Shown in pieces: positions 1 through 13,400 of a DNA stretch of 64,000 nucleotides. How positions within the stretch are numbered: the stretch's first letter is position 1; every line of letters starts with the position of its first letter. Source of the DNA: Mobula hypostoma (taxonomy: Eukaryota); contig NC_086107.1 of NCBI RefSeq assembly GCF_963921235.1, forward strand, positions 106,642,001 through 106,706,000, in the 5' to 3' direction. The notes under the pieces were generated by a model. The model searched no databases. It saw only the letters and a program-made list of their open reading frames with translations, and was not told the DNA's origin. The position numbers and the translations under genes were made by a program.

Positions 1-203
1 GGACATTCACACATGGGTCACGGACCCATTCATTTGCACATCTTGGGTCATTTGCGTTTTGGGTCACTGATGACCTCGCGTGCGTTAAAGTTCAACAGTG
101 GGGGTGACAGGGAATGAGGAAAGGTGCAGCTGACTCATATCGTTTCATATCGCCAAATCATATCGTTTCCTCGCGGCCCGGAAGCGCAGGTTGGGGACCA
201 CTG
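1..203. mobile_element. hAT-type MITE, truncated by window start
   Basis: Ends in GGTTGGGGACCACTG. Shares internal sequence (AGTTCAACAGTGGG..TGACAGGGAATGAGGAAAGGTGCAGCTGACTCATAT) with the complete copy at 43141-43325. Confidence 0.75.
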
Positions 204-258
204 GTTTAGATAACATAAAGCAGAATGGATTTTAAGACTTTTTTTTTATATCTTCCAG

Positions 259-717
259 GGATTTGCCAGCTACCCTGATGCACGGATGACGGGAGCGCGC
301 ATGTCAGAGCACCGGATGCCAGAGCCCCGGATGCCAGAGCCCCGGATGCCAGAGCCTCGGATGCCAGAGCCCCGGATGCCAGGCTCCCGAATGCCAAGCT
401 CCCGGATGATGGATTCCGGAATGCCAGATTTCCAAATGATGGAATCACGAATGGCGGCCCCCCGGCTGCCAGATCCCCGGCACGATTCCCGAATATCAAA
501 TTCCCGCATGCCTAGTTCCCGGGTGCCGGAGCCCCGGCCGGTGCCCTCACTGGGCCGCAGCGCACACTTCAGCGAGCCCTCCATCCGCAGAAGCTTCAAC
601 CCGCAGCCGTCACTGAGCGAAGCAGTTCCCCGGTTCAGGCAGTCCTGTAGCCCACAACCGCCCTTCCAAGAGGGCCCAGTGGTAACCAGGAAGCCCAGTG
701 ACTGCCCTCCCGTGCAG
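259..717 (+). CDS. GRAP2: GRAP2/GADS penultimate coding exon, Pro-rich linker with RMPEP-type repeats (phase 0/0, 153 codons)
   Basis: Acceptor ttttatatcttccAG at 257-258, open frame GFASYPDARMTG...RKPSDCPPVQ, donor GTAAGT at 718. Splices in frame to the SH3 exon at 6121. Confidence 0.8.
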
Positions 718-820
718 GTAAGTCCGAGTCAAAAACACACTGAGTGGTAGGGGAGCAAAAAGATCGATTGCGTTTACGTTTGGCCAGGGTGCTTCAGGTC
801 TGGCGGAGGACTTGGGACGT

Positions 821-1670
821 AGAACATAGAATATAGAGCAGCTCAGCTCAGAACAGGCCCCTCCGCCCATGATGTTGCAATGGCCACTTAACCTTTGGCA
901 TCACTGCAGGTCAAGTCCACTCTCGCACATAGCCCTCCATTGTTCCTTCATCCTCGTTCCTCTCTACGAGTGTCTTAAAACTCCTTAATGTATCTGCCTC
1001 TACTACCACCCCAGCACTGCGTTCCACGCCCCTATCTCTGTGTAAAAAAAACACATCTCTGGCATCCACCCTCTATGCTGTCCACCAACCACCTTAAAAT
1101 TACGCCCCCTCATAATAACCATTTACACTCTTGGAAATGGGCGCTGGCTGTCCACTTGATCAGCTATCATTTTATAAGCCTCTATCGAATCATCTCTCAT
1201 CCTCCTTTGCTCCAAAGAGAAAAAACCTAACTCACTCAACCTTTCCTTCTAAGACATGCTCTCTAATCCAGGCACCATCCTAGTAACACACATCAAAGTT
1301 GCTGGTGAACACAGCAGGCCAGGCAGCTGAAGGGCCTCGGCCTGAAACGTTGACTGTACCTCTTCCTAGAGCTGCTGTCTGGCCTGCTGCGTTCACCAGC
1401 AACTTTGATGTGTGTTGCTTGAATTTCCAGCATCTGCAGAATTCCTTGTGTTTGCATTTTTACCATCCCAGTAAGTCTCCTCTACACCCTCTCTAAAGCT
1501 TCCACATCTGATCCTCCTATCGTGAGATGACAGGAAATGAACACAATACTCCAGAGACTAACCAGGGTTTTGTAAAGCTGCAACATTACCTTGCGGCTCT
1601 TGATCTCAATCCCCTGACTAATGAAGGCCAACACACCATATACCTTCTTAACCACACGGTCAACCTTTTG
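821..1670 (-). mobile_element. Degenerate CR1 LINE 3' fragment, interrupted by a Penelope-derived insert
   Basis: Minus-strand peptide VDRVVKKVYGVLAFISQGIEIKSRKVMLQLYKTLV is typical of the CR1 ORF2 C-terminal region. Tail-like AGAACATAGAATATAGA at 821. Confidence 0.75.
1287..1461. mobile_element. Short fold-back Penelope-derived insertion
   Basis: Arms of about 42 bp in inverted orientation (ACACACATCAAAGTTGCTGGTGAAC.../...GTTCACCAGCAACTTTGATGTGTGT), truncated hammerhead core, flanked by ACCATCC(T/C)AGTAA at 1274-1286 and 1462-1474. Confidence 0.8.
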
Positions 1671-2379
1671 GAATGTGGCCACTGTTGTGACAGAGTAAAC
1701 ATGGCAGCTAATTTAGACATGTGGGGTTGGTGCAGGAAAGGGCCACTGAGATAAAGGAAGCAAACTCGAGGGGCTGAGGGGCTGACTTCTACCTCTTCTT
1801 CTTAAGCGCAGCAACCTCTCACAAAATGCAATTTGATGGTGGCTGGATGATTTGCGTGAGAAATGTGGACAGAGGGGAAACATATTGTCCAGGGCAACAG
1901 CGCCAATCCTTCTGCTCTTCAATGTCCTGGTACATAAACGAGCGCACATCAGGTCAGGAGTAACTCTCACACGAAAGAAAGCACATTTAATAGTGCAGCG
2001 CTCCCTCAGTACCGCACAGGAGAATTAGCAAAGACCGTTTACTCAGGAAAGCATTTGAACACTCCATCTTCTCCATCAAGCTAAAACTGCCACCTAAAAA
2101 TCAGGACCTTAGAGAACAGAAGTGTGGTTTATCTACCTATCTATTTACTTACTTAATTTATCAATAGGTCAATAAGTACATTTAATGTCAGAGAAATGTA
2201 TACAATATACATACTGAAATTCTTTTTCTATCTATCTATCCATCCAACCATCTATTTATTGATTGATTGATTAATTGATTTGTTTGTTTGTTTATCTATT
2301 TGTCTGTATTTTTATTGAGATACAGCGCGGAATAGGCCCTCCCATCCCTTTGAGCCACACCGCCCTGTATTCCCCTAAT

Positions 2380-2590
2380 TTTTCCCTAGCCTAATCACAG
2401 GACAAGTTACAATAACTTGTTAACCTACCAAATGGTACGTCTTTGGACTGTGGGAGGAAACCAGAGCACCCGGAGGAAACCCACGCGGCCACGGGGAGAA
2501 CGTACAAACTCCTTCCAGGCAGCAGCGGGAATTGAACCCGGGTCGCTGGCACTGTAAAGCGCTGTGCTAACCACTATGCTACTGTGCCAC
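2380..2590 (-). mobile_element. HE1/V-SINE-like tRNA-derived SINE
   Basis: Reverse complement of the V-domain (TTCTCCCCGTG..GTGGGTTTCCTCCGGGTGCTCTGGTTTCCTCCCACAGTCCAAAGAC) plus a B-box-like GGTTCAATTCC. Similar copies near 6950-7150, 8750-9120, 29820-29950, 30900-31140, 37270-37440, 37840-37980, 42020-42230 and 63090-63275. Confidence 0.75.
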
Positions 2591-5500
2591 CCACACCCCA
2601 ACCCCCATTGTAGTTTCCCTGTAACTGTAACACTTTATTTGGTATCTGTTTTCTTATTTACAATTTCAATGTTCTCAGGTATGGCATGGTCTGTCGGTGC
2701 TCAACGGTTCAACAGTTTAATTTGGTATCAGAGACCTGAATATACAACCTGAAGTTCTTACTCTTTGCAGACATCCATGAAACAGAATAAAAACCCCAAT
2801 GAATAAATGACAGGAAAATGTTATAAGCCCAAAGACGCCCTCCCCCTCCCGCTCACAAGTAGCAGGAAAGGACTCTCCCCCCACCACCCACCATGCAAGT
2901 AATAGCAAAGCCCCCCACCCCTGAGTTTATGATCTGGAGTCCATCAAAAGCTACAGTCCATCCCAACACTTTGACATTTCAGACGGGCTCTCTCTCACTA
3001 GCAAGGCAGAGATGTCTCTCCTGCAACAAGATGAGGGCTCACTGTTTTGATGTTACAACCTGCAGCATGCGCTTATTCGAGCACCTTCTTTCGATGGCAG
3101 CGTAGGCTGGCGTCTCAATGTTTCCATCTTCCGCGACATTTCAATCGGCGACCCCGGCGAGGAATCGGGTCGTCCGCTGGACTGCACCGTGAAGGCGCAT
3201 GTCTTCCAGGCTGCACCTGGAGATATTGAAAACACTAGGCTGCTCGGCGAGCTCCAAGTGCGGGAACCCGCCGCTGTGAAAGAACATGGTTTGAGTGCAG
3301 CTGTAGATCACGGACTCCAACAGAACCCCAAACACCTAGAAAAGGAAAAGAATACATTAAAAGAGAAGAGATTAAACTGTTTCATGGATGAACTGGAGGA
3401 AGTCTCCCAGGTCCACAAAGAGCTCTGGTGCCATTTTTAGCATGCAGACAAAAGATTTTCACCGTTTCTCCATACAAATGATGATAACAAGGCAACACCA
3501 ATACCAATATATCTTCTCCCTCAAATCTTGCATCCTTCCACACTCTGCCTCTCCCATTATCCCATTGGGTGTGGTGGTGCAATGTAATAGATTGTAATGG
3601 TGGGTCCACAATAGATGTAATGACTGTTCATTCATACTCAAACAAGTCTGCTAATTTTTCTAGAATTGACTAGATACTGTCATCAATGTAGTGCACCTAC
3701 CCACATCCTTCCCGCCAGTAAAGAAACCCCAAATACATGACTTAAATGCGTCAAGAACTATAAACGTAATAATGATATGGGGGAGCTTTCTCTCACGCAG
3801 AGATCTGTAGAGAGGATATGTGGAGTGCCCCACCTGAAGAGGGGAAGGACTAGGAACTTCCAAAAGAGATCTGAAGAGATATTGGCGGAAGTTGATATGC
3901 GGCGGGTCGGCGGGGACAATCATTGAGATCTTTCAAAGAGTCAGTGCAAGGACGATGGGCCGAATGGCCTCCTCCTTCAGCTTTAGGGCAAGGTGCGAGC
4001 GACAAGTCAAGGAAGCTCGTGGGTGGTGGAAGTAGTCCACCAACAAACAAACAGGAATCAGAATAATTATCACTGACTTATATGACGTGACATTTGTTGT
4101 TTAGCGGCAGCAATACAATGCAAATACATTAAAATTACTAAATAAATAGATAGTGCAAAAGGAAGGAAATAATGAGGTTGTGTGCATGGATTCATGAACT
4201 GTTCAGAAATCTGATTATGGAGGGGAAGAAGCTGTTTCTGAATTACAAAGTGTGGGCCTTCAGTCTCCTGTACCTCCTCCCTGATGGTGGTAATGAGAAG
4301 AGGATCCTCAGGAACAGATGCTGGCTTCTTGATGGATCACCTCTTGAAGGTGCCTTCAATAGTGTGGAGGGGTGTGTCTGTGATGGAGCCGGCTGAATCC
4401 ATGAATCTCTGCAGCCTCTTGCGATCCTATGCACTGGAGCCTTCATACTTGACTCTATACTTTATTGTCGCCAAACAATTGATACTAGAACGTACAATCA
4501 TCACAGCGATATTTGATTCTGCGCTTCCTGCTCCCTGGATTACAAAGCGGGCTATGATGCAACCAGTCGGGATGCTCCCCATGGAACATCTATAGAAACT
4601 TGCAAGAGTTTTTGGTGACAAAAGGAAGAAGTCATTCTTGTTCCATTCTGTGATCACATTACAAATAAAGTACACCTCATTCCATTTACAAAAACAAGCA
4701 ACTTCTATATAGTCAGACTTTGCAATCCATTTAACACGAGTGTTTTACAATAAAATTTGATGCTAAGCCAAAGAACGAGGCTTTAATGAAGTTTACGTTG
4801 ATAAAGATGTCAAGTCTGGTCAAATTCATTGTCATGTGCACAGATACATTGAAGTGCAGGACATCTCCAGTAAGATGGCGGTGTATTTGATCGCAGCGGC
4901 TTCTATGGGGTCAACCAGAGATATTACTGTCTTTCACAGACATACTTTTTATAATTGCAAGACCCTGCTGGACATTAGGAACTTAAAGTACTGCAGGACT
5001 ACTCCATCGGCAAGTTGCTCGTTGGTGGAGAAACTGAACGAGCTGGACTTGGTGCGGATCGTGCTGCTGCTTGCGTCAGTCAGCGCACAAAGGCGGTGTG
5101 CAGTTTAACAGCGAGCGATCGTCTGAATCGCTTTTCTTTTGGTCACAAGACCCTGTCGGACATCGCTGATGTGGGCTGCTGCAGATTCACCGATCAGCTG
5201 CACAACCTTGGTCAGAATGAGGGATAGGCCTCAAGCCGCAGTGTCACCTGTTCACAGCCGCCCAGGGGAGAGGCACCAGAGGTGGTGTGGCACGGCGTCC
5301 AAGCTGGAATCGGTGCTGCCCCCAGTGTTCGCTCGGCAGAAGACAAGCTGTATCGCGTTTGAGTGCAGACTGCTGCAACGTTCATGGTCTCAGGGCCTTG
5401 GACTATCATTTTTTTTTGTGTTAATATATATTTTACTGATACCTTAAATGGACTCGCTATCTTATATGTGCTATATGTGTCTTGTGCTGTGATCAACTGT

Positions 5501-6120
5501 TGGTACTGTGTTTTGCACCTTGGTCCTGGAGTCACATTGTTTCGTTTGGCTCTATTCATGGGCATTCATGTATGGTTGAATGATAATTAAGCTTAAACTT
5601 GAAAGACAAACTTGCTTTCAGCAGCATTACAGGCAGGTAGGTTCAGACAACACTATAAATTGTACATAAATTATACGTTAAATTATGCCAAACCGTGAAA
5701 AAAAAACATATGTGCAAAACAAAAACAACAATATAATCAAAGACATGTCCATAGTAGCCCTAGTTTAAAGAGCATTTGAAAAGAAGTGAGATAAAGAGGG
5801 GGTGGAGGGAACGATTTAAGGAGGGAACAGAAAGCACAACCTCCAAAGGTGGAGTGATTAAAACTGGGAAAGTCCAGGAGGTTAGAATTGGAAATCTGTG
5901 GAATTTCATAGGCTAGGGAAGGTAACAGAGGTGTGGGGAGATGAGAAGAAGGCAAAATCATGAAGAGAAGAATACTAAATTTAAATTTTAAAATCGATTA
6001 CTAATATCAAGACATTATAGAATGGAGTGCAGCTATGGACTAGTAAGTGCCGATGGGTGGAGGAGACACTGTATGATGGCCCCTTGAGACAGACGCTCAC
6101 CCTATGTTTCCTCTCTGCAG

Positions 6121-6300
6121 AAAACCAGGCGTGTTCGAGCCATGTTCGATTTCACAGCCGAGGCCGATGATGAGCTGGAGTTCAAGTGCGGCGACGTCAT
6201 CGAGGTTCTGGACACCACAGACCCCTCGTGGTGGAAGGGGAGTTTATGGGGACGGATTGGCTTGTTCCCGAGTAATTACGTGTCGTCAATCAACCGGTGA
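6121..6300 (+). CDS. GRAP2: GRAP2/GADS terminal exon, C-terminal SH3 domain
   Basis: Acceptor ttcctctctgcAG. Translates [59 protein letters not shown], with SH3 motifs matching ALYDF, DEL, WW and GLFPxNYV, and resembling GADS SH3C. Adjacent to FAM83F as in human. Not in the supplied ORF track. Confidence 0.9.
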   Translation, partial: KTRRVRAMFDFTAEADDELEFKCGDVIEVLDTTDPSWWKGSLWGRIGLFPSNYVSSINR

Positions 6301-6358
6301 CATCCCACTAGACTCTGGAAAATTATCCTTTCCTTTTCCCTCCATCTAGACAGCAGCC

Positions 6359-6364
6359 AATAAA
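6359..6364 (+). terminator. Candidate GRAP2 polyadenylation signal AATAAA
   Basis: AATAAA 58 nt after the stop codon, followed by T/GT-rich sequence. Confidence 0.55.
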
Positions 6365-7190
6365 ATATTTACGCTTTAATGAACTTTGTACGGTGTTATG
6401 GTGTATGATGTCTTTGAATCATAAAACCTGTTGGTGTTGGCAATTTCCCTAATTCCTAATTTTTAAAAGTTGGGAATCCTTAACTAAGGCAGATCAATCC
6501 CACACATGTGGGTTCATTCTATCAATCTTGCAAAGAGGTTATGATGGATTCAGCCAGATATCTTGAGGAAACTTTGCTAAGAGTTTCTGATCTCCATAAG
6601 TATAGAGCGAACTACTGGTGGATCAAGTTGATTGCCTCTAAGTTAGGACATCATGGGTTCAAGACCAACTCCAGAGACTTACTTGCTTTTCTTGGGCACT
6701 TAGCTTCTAGTGGAGCATTGGCCATCGATGACCTCCCATCTCAATCGTCCTCTGAAGTCAAAGGTATGGTTGGAGTTCAGCAGTGTTTCTGTAATCCACA
6801 GTACGGGGAATTGCACTGTACAGCTTCACCAGAGCCCCGTTGGTGGCCTTACCCATTTCCACCTCTCACGATGGGGGTGTAGGGCTGGTCTTTGAGAGGC
6901 TCACTCCAGAGACTTGAACTCTAGAATGCCAGAGACCCAGGCTGAGTCACGCAACATCAAGCTTGACTTCTGGGTGCTGTCAGCATGAAGTTAGCACATT
7001 CTCCTTGTGAGATCACGTGGGTTTCATTCGGGTGCTCTGGTTTGCCCCCACTTCCTGGTGATATGTGAGTTAATTGGCCACTGTAACTTGCCCCTAGCGT
7101 GTAAGTGAGTGGTACAACCTGAGGGGGGAGATTTGATAGGAATCCGGGCAGAATAAAAATGGGATTATTTCAGGAATATCCTTCAAAATT

Positions 7191-7862
7191 GCTTCACAGG
7201 TTAATAGAGTTGTTAAGAAGGTGTATGGTGTGTTGGCCTTCACTAGTTGAGGGATTGAGTTCAACAGGCACAAATAATGTAGCTTGATTAAAACCCTGGT
7301 GAGACCACACTTGGAGTATTGTATTCAGTTCAGGTCACCGCATTATAGGAAGGATGTGGGAGCTTTAGAGAAGGTGCAGAGGGGATTTACCAGAATGCTG
7401 TCTGCATTAAAGAGCATATTTTATGAGGATAGGTTGAGTGAGCTCGGGTTTTTCTCTATGGAATGATGGAGGATGAGAAGTGAATCAATAGAGATGTACA
7501 AGATGATAAGTTGCATAGCTGGAGTGGACAGCCAGAGACATCTTCCCAGAGTAGAACTGGCTACTATGAGGGGGCATTTCATTAAGACGAGTGAAGTAAA
7601 GTATAGGGGGGGGGGATGTCTGAGGTAAGGTTTTTACACAGAGGGTGTTGAGTACATGGGATGTACTGCCTGAAGTATTGGTAGACGCAGATATGTTAGG
7701 GGCATTTAAGGAACCCCCTGATAGACGCATGGATATAGGATAATGGAGGGCTACGTGGGAGGGAAGGCTTAGATTGATTTTAGAGTAGGCTATAAGGTTG
7801 GCACATCATGGGCTAGAGGGCCTGCACTGTGCTGGACCATTCCACAAAACATTCTATGTTCT
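7191..7862 (+). mobile_element. CR1 LINE 3' fragment
   Basis: KTLVRPHLEYCIQFRSPHYRKDVGALEKVQRGFTRML; ATTCTATGTTCT-type tail. Confidence 0.8.
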
Positions 7863-7949
7863 CTGATTAATGTCAATGGGTGATTTGGGACAGCACACAC
7901 TCAGATGGCTGAAGGACCTTATTCAAAGCTGTATCCATCTATGATACCT

Positions 7950-8430
7950 ACAGGAAAGATGTAAATAAGGTTAAAAGCGTGCAGAGAAAATCTACAAAGA
8001 TGTTGTCAGGTGTGGAGGACTTGAGTTATAAGGAGAGATTGAATAGGCTAGGACTTTATTTCCTGGAACGTAGAAGATTGAGAGGAGATTTGATAGAGGT
8101 ATACAAAATTATGAGGGGTATAGCCAGCAGGCTTTTCCACTGAGGTTGGGTGGGGTTGCAACTAGAGGTCATGAGTGAAGGGTGAAAGGTGAAAAGTTTA
8201 AGGGGAACATGAGGGGAAACTTCTTCACTCAGAGGGCCTGAGAGCGTGGAACGAGTTGTCAGCACCATTGATGCATGAGAGTTTGATTTCAACGTTCAGG
8301 AGGTTTGGATAGGTACATAGATGGAAGGGGTATGGAGTGCAGGTCGATGGAAGCAGGCAGATTAAAAGGTTTAGGGTGGTCTAGATGGGCTGAAGGGCCT
8401 GTTTCTGCACTGTATTTTTCTATGATTCCT
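7950..8430 (+). mobile_element. CR1 LINE 3' fragment
   Basis: Degenerate GLYSLERRRLRGDLIEVYKIMRG/GNFFTQR coding sequence and CR1-like 3' end. Confidence 0.75.
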
Positions 8431-10458
8431 AGTATAAATTCAAAGTTCAAAGTAAATTCATTATCAAGCTCTGTATATGTTACCATATATTATAACAATT
8501 ACAGCACGGAAACATCTCGGCCCTTTTAGTCTGTATACTACCTTGAGATTCATTTTCTTGTGGGCATTCACACACAAAAAAAGAATGATAGGTGTTGGGT
8601 AAATACTGTTATAGCCAGGGGTGGTAGCTATTAAATGCCCCCAATGGCATGTGCCTTAAATAGCCCCTGACTATTCAAAGTTCTAAGTAAATTCATTATC
8701 AAACTCTGTATAGCCTCTGGCAACTAAGTCCAGTTCCTGGCCTTCACGTATGGCGGTTAGTGTGACGCTATTACACCTTGGGGGGTCGGAGTTCACCATC
8801 TGTAATTCTGCCCGTGGCATGTGAAGGTTTCCTCCAGGTGCTCTGGTTTCCTCCCACAGTCCAAAGGCATACCGATTAGTAGATTGGCCTGTGGTTAGGC
8901 TAGGGTTAAATAAGTGGCTCACTGGGCCGGAAGGTCCTGTTCTGTGCTGTATCTCTAAATAAATCAATATGTGGAAGGAAGCTGGAGCACCCAGAGGAAG
9001 CCCACGCGGTCACAGAGAGAACGTGAAAACTCCACACAGATAGCACCGGAGGTCAGGATTGAACCCCGGTCGCTGGAGCTGCGGGGCAGCGGCCCCACCA
9101 ACTGCGCCGCGGTGGCTTCTGTAAAGTAAGGCCTTTACAGGCAAGTTACTCAACCTCACACCCAGGAGCAAGCTGTCTGCTTTTGACAAATGTCCCACAC
9201 TCACGTCTGTTCGAACTCCGTTCTGGGGAGGCCTAGGGAACCTGACCACAAGTGTTCCCACTACCCAGGAAATACAAAAGCAAAATGGGGAGGCTTTGGA
9301 AGGAAATCGTCTACATGCCCTCAAACGTACAGTGGGACAAATATGTTGCTTTGCAGCAGAAGTGCAGTGTAAGAACATGAAAGTACAACGTTTGCAAAAA
9401 AAAAAAGAATTAATGCAAAAAGGAGGAATAACGAGGCGGTGTTCATGGACTGTTGAGAGTGATGATGGACGAATGGAAAGAACGGTTTCTGATCCATTGC
9501 ATGCTAGTTTTGAGACTCCTTACTTCCTCCGTAGTGGTCATAACACGAACAGGGCATGTCCCAGATGGCTAGGATTCTTAGTGATGGGTGCCATTCTCTT
9601 GGGCACTCCTCGATGGTGGGAAGGGTTGCGCCCAGCAACCCTCTGCAGGGCCGTGCAATCCTGCGCATTCAAGCCGTACCAGGCTGTGATCAGCCAGTCT
9701 GAATGCTCTGCACCTTGCATCTATGTCGACACACTGTTCTCCCGAAGGAGAATAATGGATTCTCCTCCCTCTCCTTTCTGCTTCCTTCTCACTGGTATCC
9801 CAGTGAATTGTAGCCTTCGGCACTTTCACTTCTGCGACGCTTGCTGAGAGAACCGCGAATTACCTTTGAATTATTTCGAGATCTCAGATGGCGGTTTGAG
9901 CTCTTATCTGCCAGAAGTAATCTGAAAGGCTTATCTCAAGTGAAACACGCTATAATGCCAGCTGATTAATAGTGAAGATAGATTTCTCAATAACGCAAAT
10001 GGCTCGATATTCTAAAAACGATACTGCGCGGAAACGGTGGCGAAGAGCGTTGATTCGAAAGATGTTGGTGTACAAAGTTGCCTGGGACTTCAGGCGATGG
10101 GATGGGAGATAAATGCTGGCCTTGCTGACAAGCCTCAAGCCAAGTCAAGTTCGGGTGACTGTCATGTGAGCGAGTATGGTGAGGTACAGGTACAGTGAAA
10201 TGCTCCCTGTCAACAGCATTAAAGGCACATTCAGAAAGTGGCAGATGCAGCCCAGTCCATCACAGTCAAAGCCATCCCCACCACTGAGCACATCTGCAAG
10301 GAGCATTGCCACAAGGAAGCAGCATCCACCATTAAGGACCCTCATCTCTTCTCGCTGCTGCCATCGGGAAGGAGGTACTGGAGCCTTAGATCCCACACCA
10401 CTCGAACAGTTATTAACCTACAAGCATCAGGCTCCTGAACTGGCGTGGATAACTTCAT

Positions 10459-13400
10459 TCATAGAATCATAGAACACTACAGCACAGAAAACAGGCCACT
10501 CAGCCCTTCTAGTCTGTGTCGAAACTTTATTCCGCTAGTCCCACTGACCTGCACCCAGTTTATAACCCTCCAGACCTCTCCCATCCATGTATCTATCCAC
10601 TTTATTCTTAAAACTTAAGAGTGAGCCCGCATTTACCGCATCAGATCGCAGCTCGTTCCACACTACCACCACTCTCTGAGTGAAGAAGTTCCCCCTCATG
10701 TTACCCCTAAACCTTTCCCCTTTCACTCTAAAGCTATGTCCTCTCGTATTTATCTCTCCTAATCTAAGTGGAAAGAGCCTACTCACATTTACTCTGTCTA
10801 TTCCCCTCATAATTTTGTAAACCTCTATCAAATCCCCCCTCATTCTTCTATGCTCCAAGGAATAAAGTCCCTGAGGCACACCACTAGTCACAGGCCTCCA
10901 GTCTGAGAAGCAATCATCCACTACCACTCTCTGTCTTCCTCTACACAGCCAATTTTAAATCCAGTTTACAACCTCTCCATGGATACCTAGTGTCTGAACC
11001 TTCTGAAATAACCTCCCATGTGGAACCTTGTCAAAGGCCTTACTAAAGTCCATGTAGACAACAACCATAGCCTTTCCTTTGTCTACTTTCTTGGTAACCT
11101 CCTTGAAAACTGTACAAGATTCGTTAAACACGATCTACTATGCACAAAGCCATGCTCCTTAATCAGCCCTTGGCTGTCCAAATACTTGTATATCCAATCT
11201 CCCAGAACACCTTCCAATAATTTACCTACTACTAATGTCAGGCTCACTGGCCTGTAATTACCTGGTTTACTTTTGAAGCCTTTTTTTAAACGACGGAATA
11301 ACATGAGCTACCCTCCAGTCCTCCGGCACCGCACCTGTGGCTAAGGACATTTTAAATATTTCTACCAGGGCCCCTGCAATTTCTACGCTAGTCTCTCTCA
11401 AGGTCCAAGGAAATATCACGTCCGGCCCAGGGGATTTGTCTACTTTATTCACTGTAAGGCAGCAAGCACCTTCTCCTCTTTAATCTCTATATGTTCCATG
11501 ACACTATTGCTTGTTTCCCTTCCTTCCATATACACTATGCCAGTTTCCTGAGTAAATATTGATGCAAAAAAACTGTTTAAGATCTCCCCCATCTCGTGAG
11601 GCTCCACACATAGACGACCATAGAACCATAGAACCATAGAAACTACAGCACAGAAACAGGCCCTTTGGCCCTTCTTGGCTGTGCCGAACCATTTTCTGCC
11701 TAGTCCCACTGACCTGCACACGGACCATATCCCTCCATACACCTCCCATCCATGTATCTGTCCAATTTATTCTTAAATGTTAAAAAAGAACCCGCATTTA
11801 CCACCTCGTCTGGCAGCTCATTCCATACTCCCACCACTCTCTGTGTGAAGAAGCCCCCCCTAATGTTCCCTTTAAACTTTTCCCCCCTCACCCTCAACCC
11901 AGGTCCTCTGGTCTTTTTCTCCCCTTGCCTCAGTGGAAAAAGCCTGCTTGCATTCACTCTATCTATACCCATCATAATTTTATATACCTCTATCAAATCT
12001 CCCCTCATTCTTCTACGCTCCAGGGAATAAAGTCTAAACCTATTCAACCTTTCTCTGTAACTGAGTTTCTCAAGTCCCGGCAACATCCTTGTAAACCTTC
12101 TCTGCACTCTTTCAAACTTATTTATATCCTTCCTGTAATTTGGTGACCAAAATTGAACACAATACTCCAGATTCGGCCTCACCAATGCCTTATACAACCT
12201 CATCATAACATTCCAGCTCTTATACTCAATACTTCGATTAATAAAGGCCAATGTACCAAAAGCTCTCTTTACGACCCTATCTACCTGTGACAACACTTTT
12301 AGGGAATTTTGTATCTGTATTCCCAGATCCCTCTGTTCCACTGCACTCCTCAGTGCCTTACCATTAACCCTGTATGTTCTACGTTGGTTTGTCCTTCCAA
12401 CGTGCTATACCTTACACTTGTCAGTGTTAAACTCCATCTGCCATTTTTCAGCCCATTTTTCCAGATGGTCCAAGTCCCTCTGCAGGCTCTGAAAACCTTC
12501 CTCACTGTCTACTACACCTCCAATCTTTGTATCATCAGCAAACTTGCTGATCCAATTTACCACATTATCATCCAGATCATTGATATAGATGACAAATAAC
12601 AATGGACCCAGCACTGATCCCTGTGGCACACCACTAGTCACAGGCCTCCACTCAGAGAAGCAATTCTCTACCACCACACTCTGGCTTCTTCCATCGAGCC
12701 AATGTCTAATCGAATTTACCACCTCTCCATGTATACCTAGCGACTGAATTTTCCTAACCAACCTCCCATGCGGGACCTTGTCAAAGGCCTTACTGAAGTC
12801 CATGTAGACAATATCCACTGCCTTCCCTTCATCCACTTTCCTGGTAACCTCCTCGAAAAACTCCAACAGATTGGTCAAACATGACCTACCACGCACAAAG
12901 CCATGTTGACTCTCCCTAATAAGCCCCTGTCTATCCAAATGCTTGTAGATTCTGTCTCTTAGTACTCCCTCCAATAACTTACCTACTACTGACGTTAAAC
13001 TCACCGGCCTATAATTTCCCGGATTACTTTTCAATCCTTTTTTAAACAACGGAACAACATGAGCCGCTCTCCAATCCTCCGGCACTTCACCCGTAGACAG
13101 CGACATTTTAAATATTTCTGCCAGGGCCCCCGCAATTTCTGCTAGGACCACTTTGATCTTCAAGGGGACCAATTTTGTCTCTTACTATCCTTTTAATATA
13201 ATTGTAGAAACCTTTCGGGTTTACCTTCACATTATCTGCCAAAGCAACCTCTTGTCTTCTTTTTGCCTTCCTGATTTCCTTCTTTAGTATTTTCTTACAT
13301 TTTCTATACTCTTCAAGTACCTCATTTGTTCTTTGTTGCCAATACCTACTATACACCTCTCTCTTTTTCTTAACCAGATCGCCAATATCCTTTGAAAACC

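Noticed and set aside
206..599. Minus-strand repetitive ORFs (GIRGS, LASGA)
   Set aside because: Antisense shadows of the 15-nt repeat in the GRAP2 exon; splice signals support the + frame.
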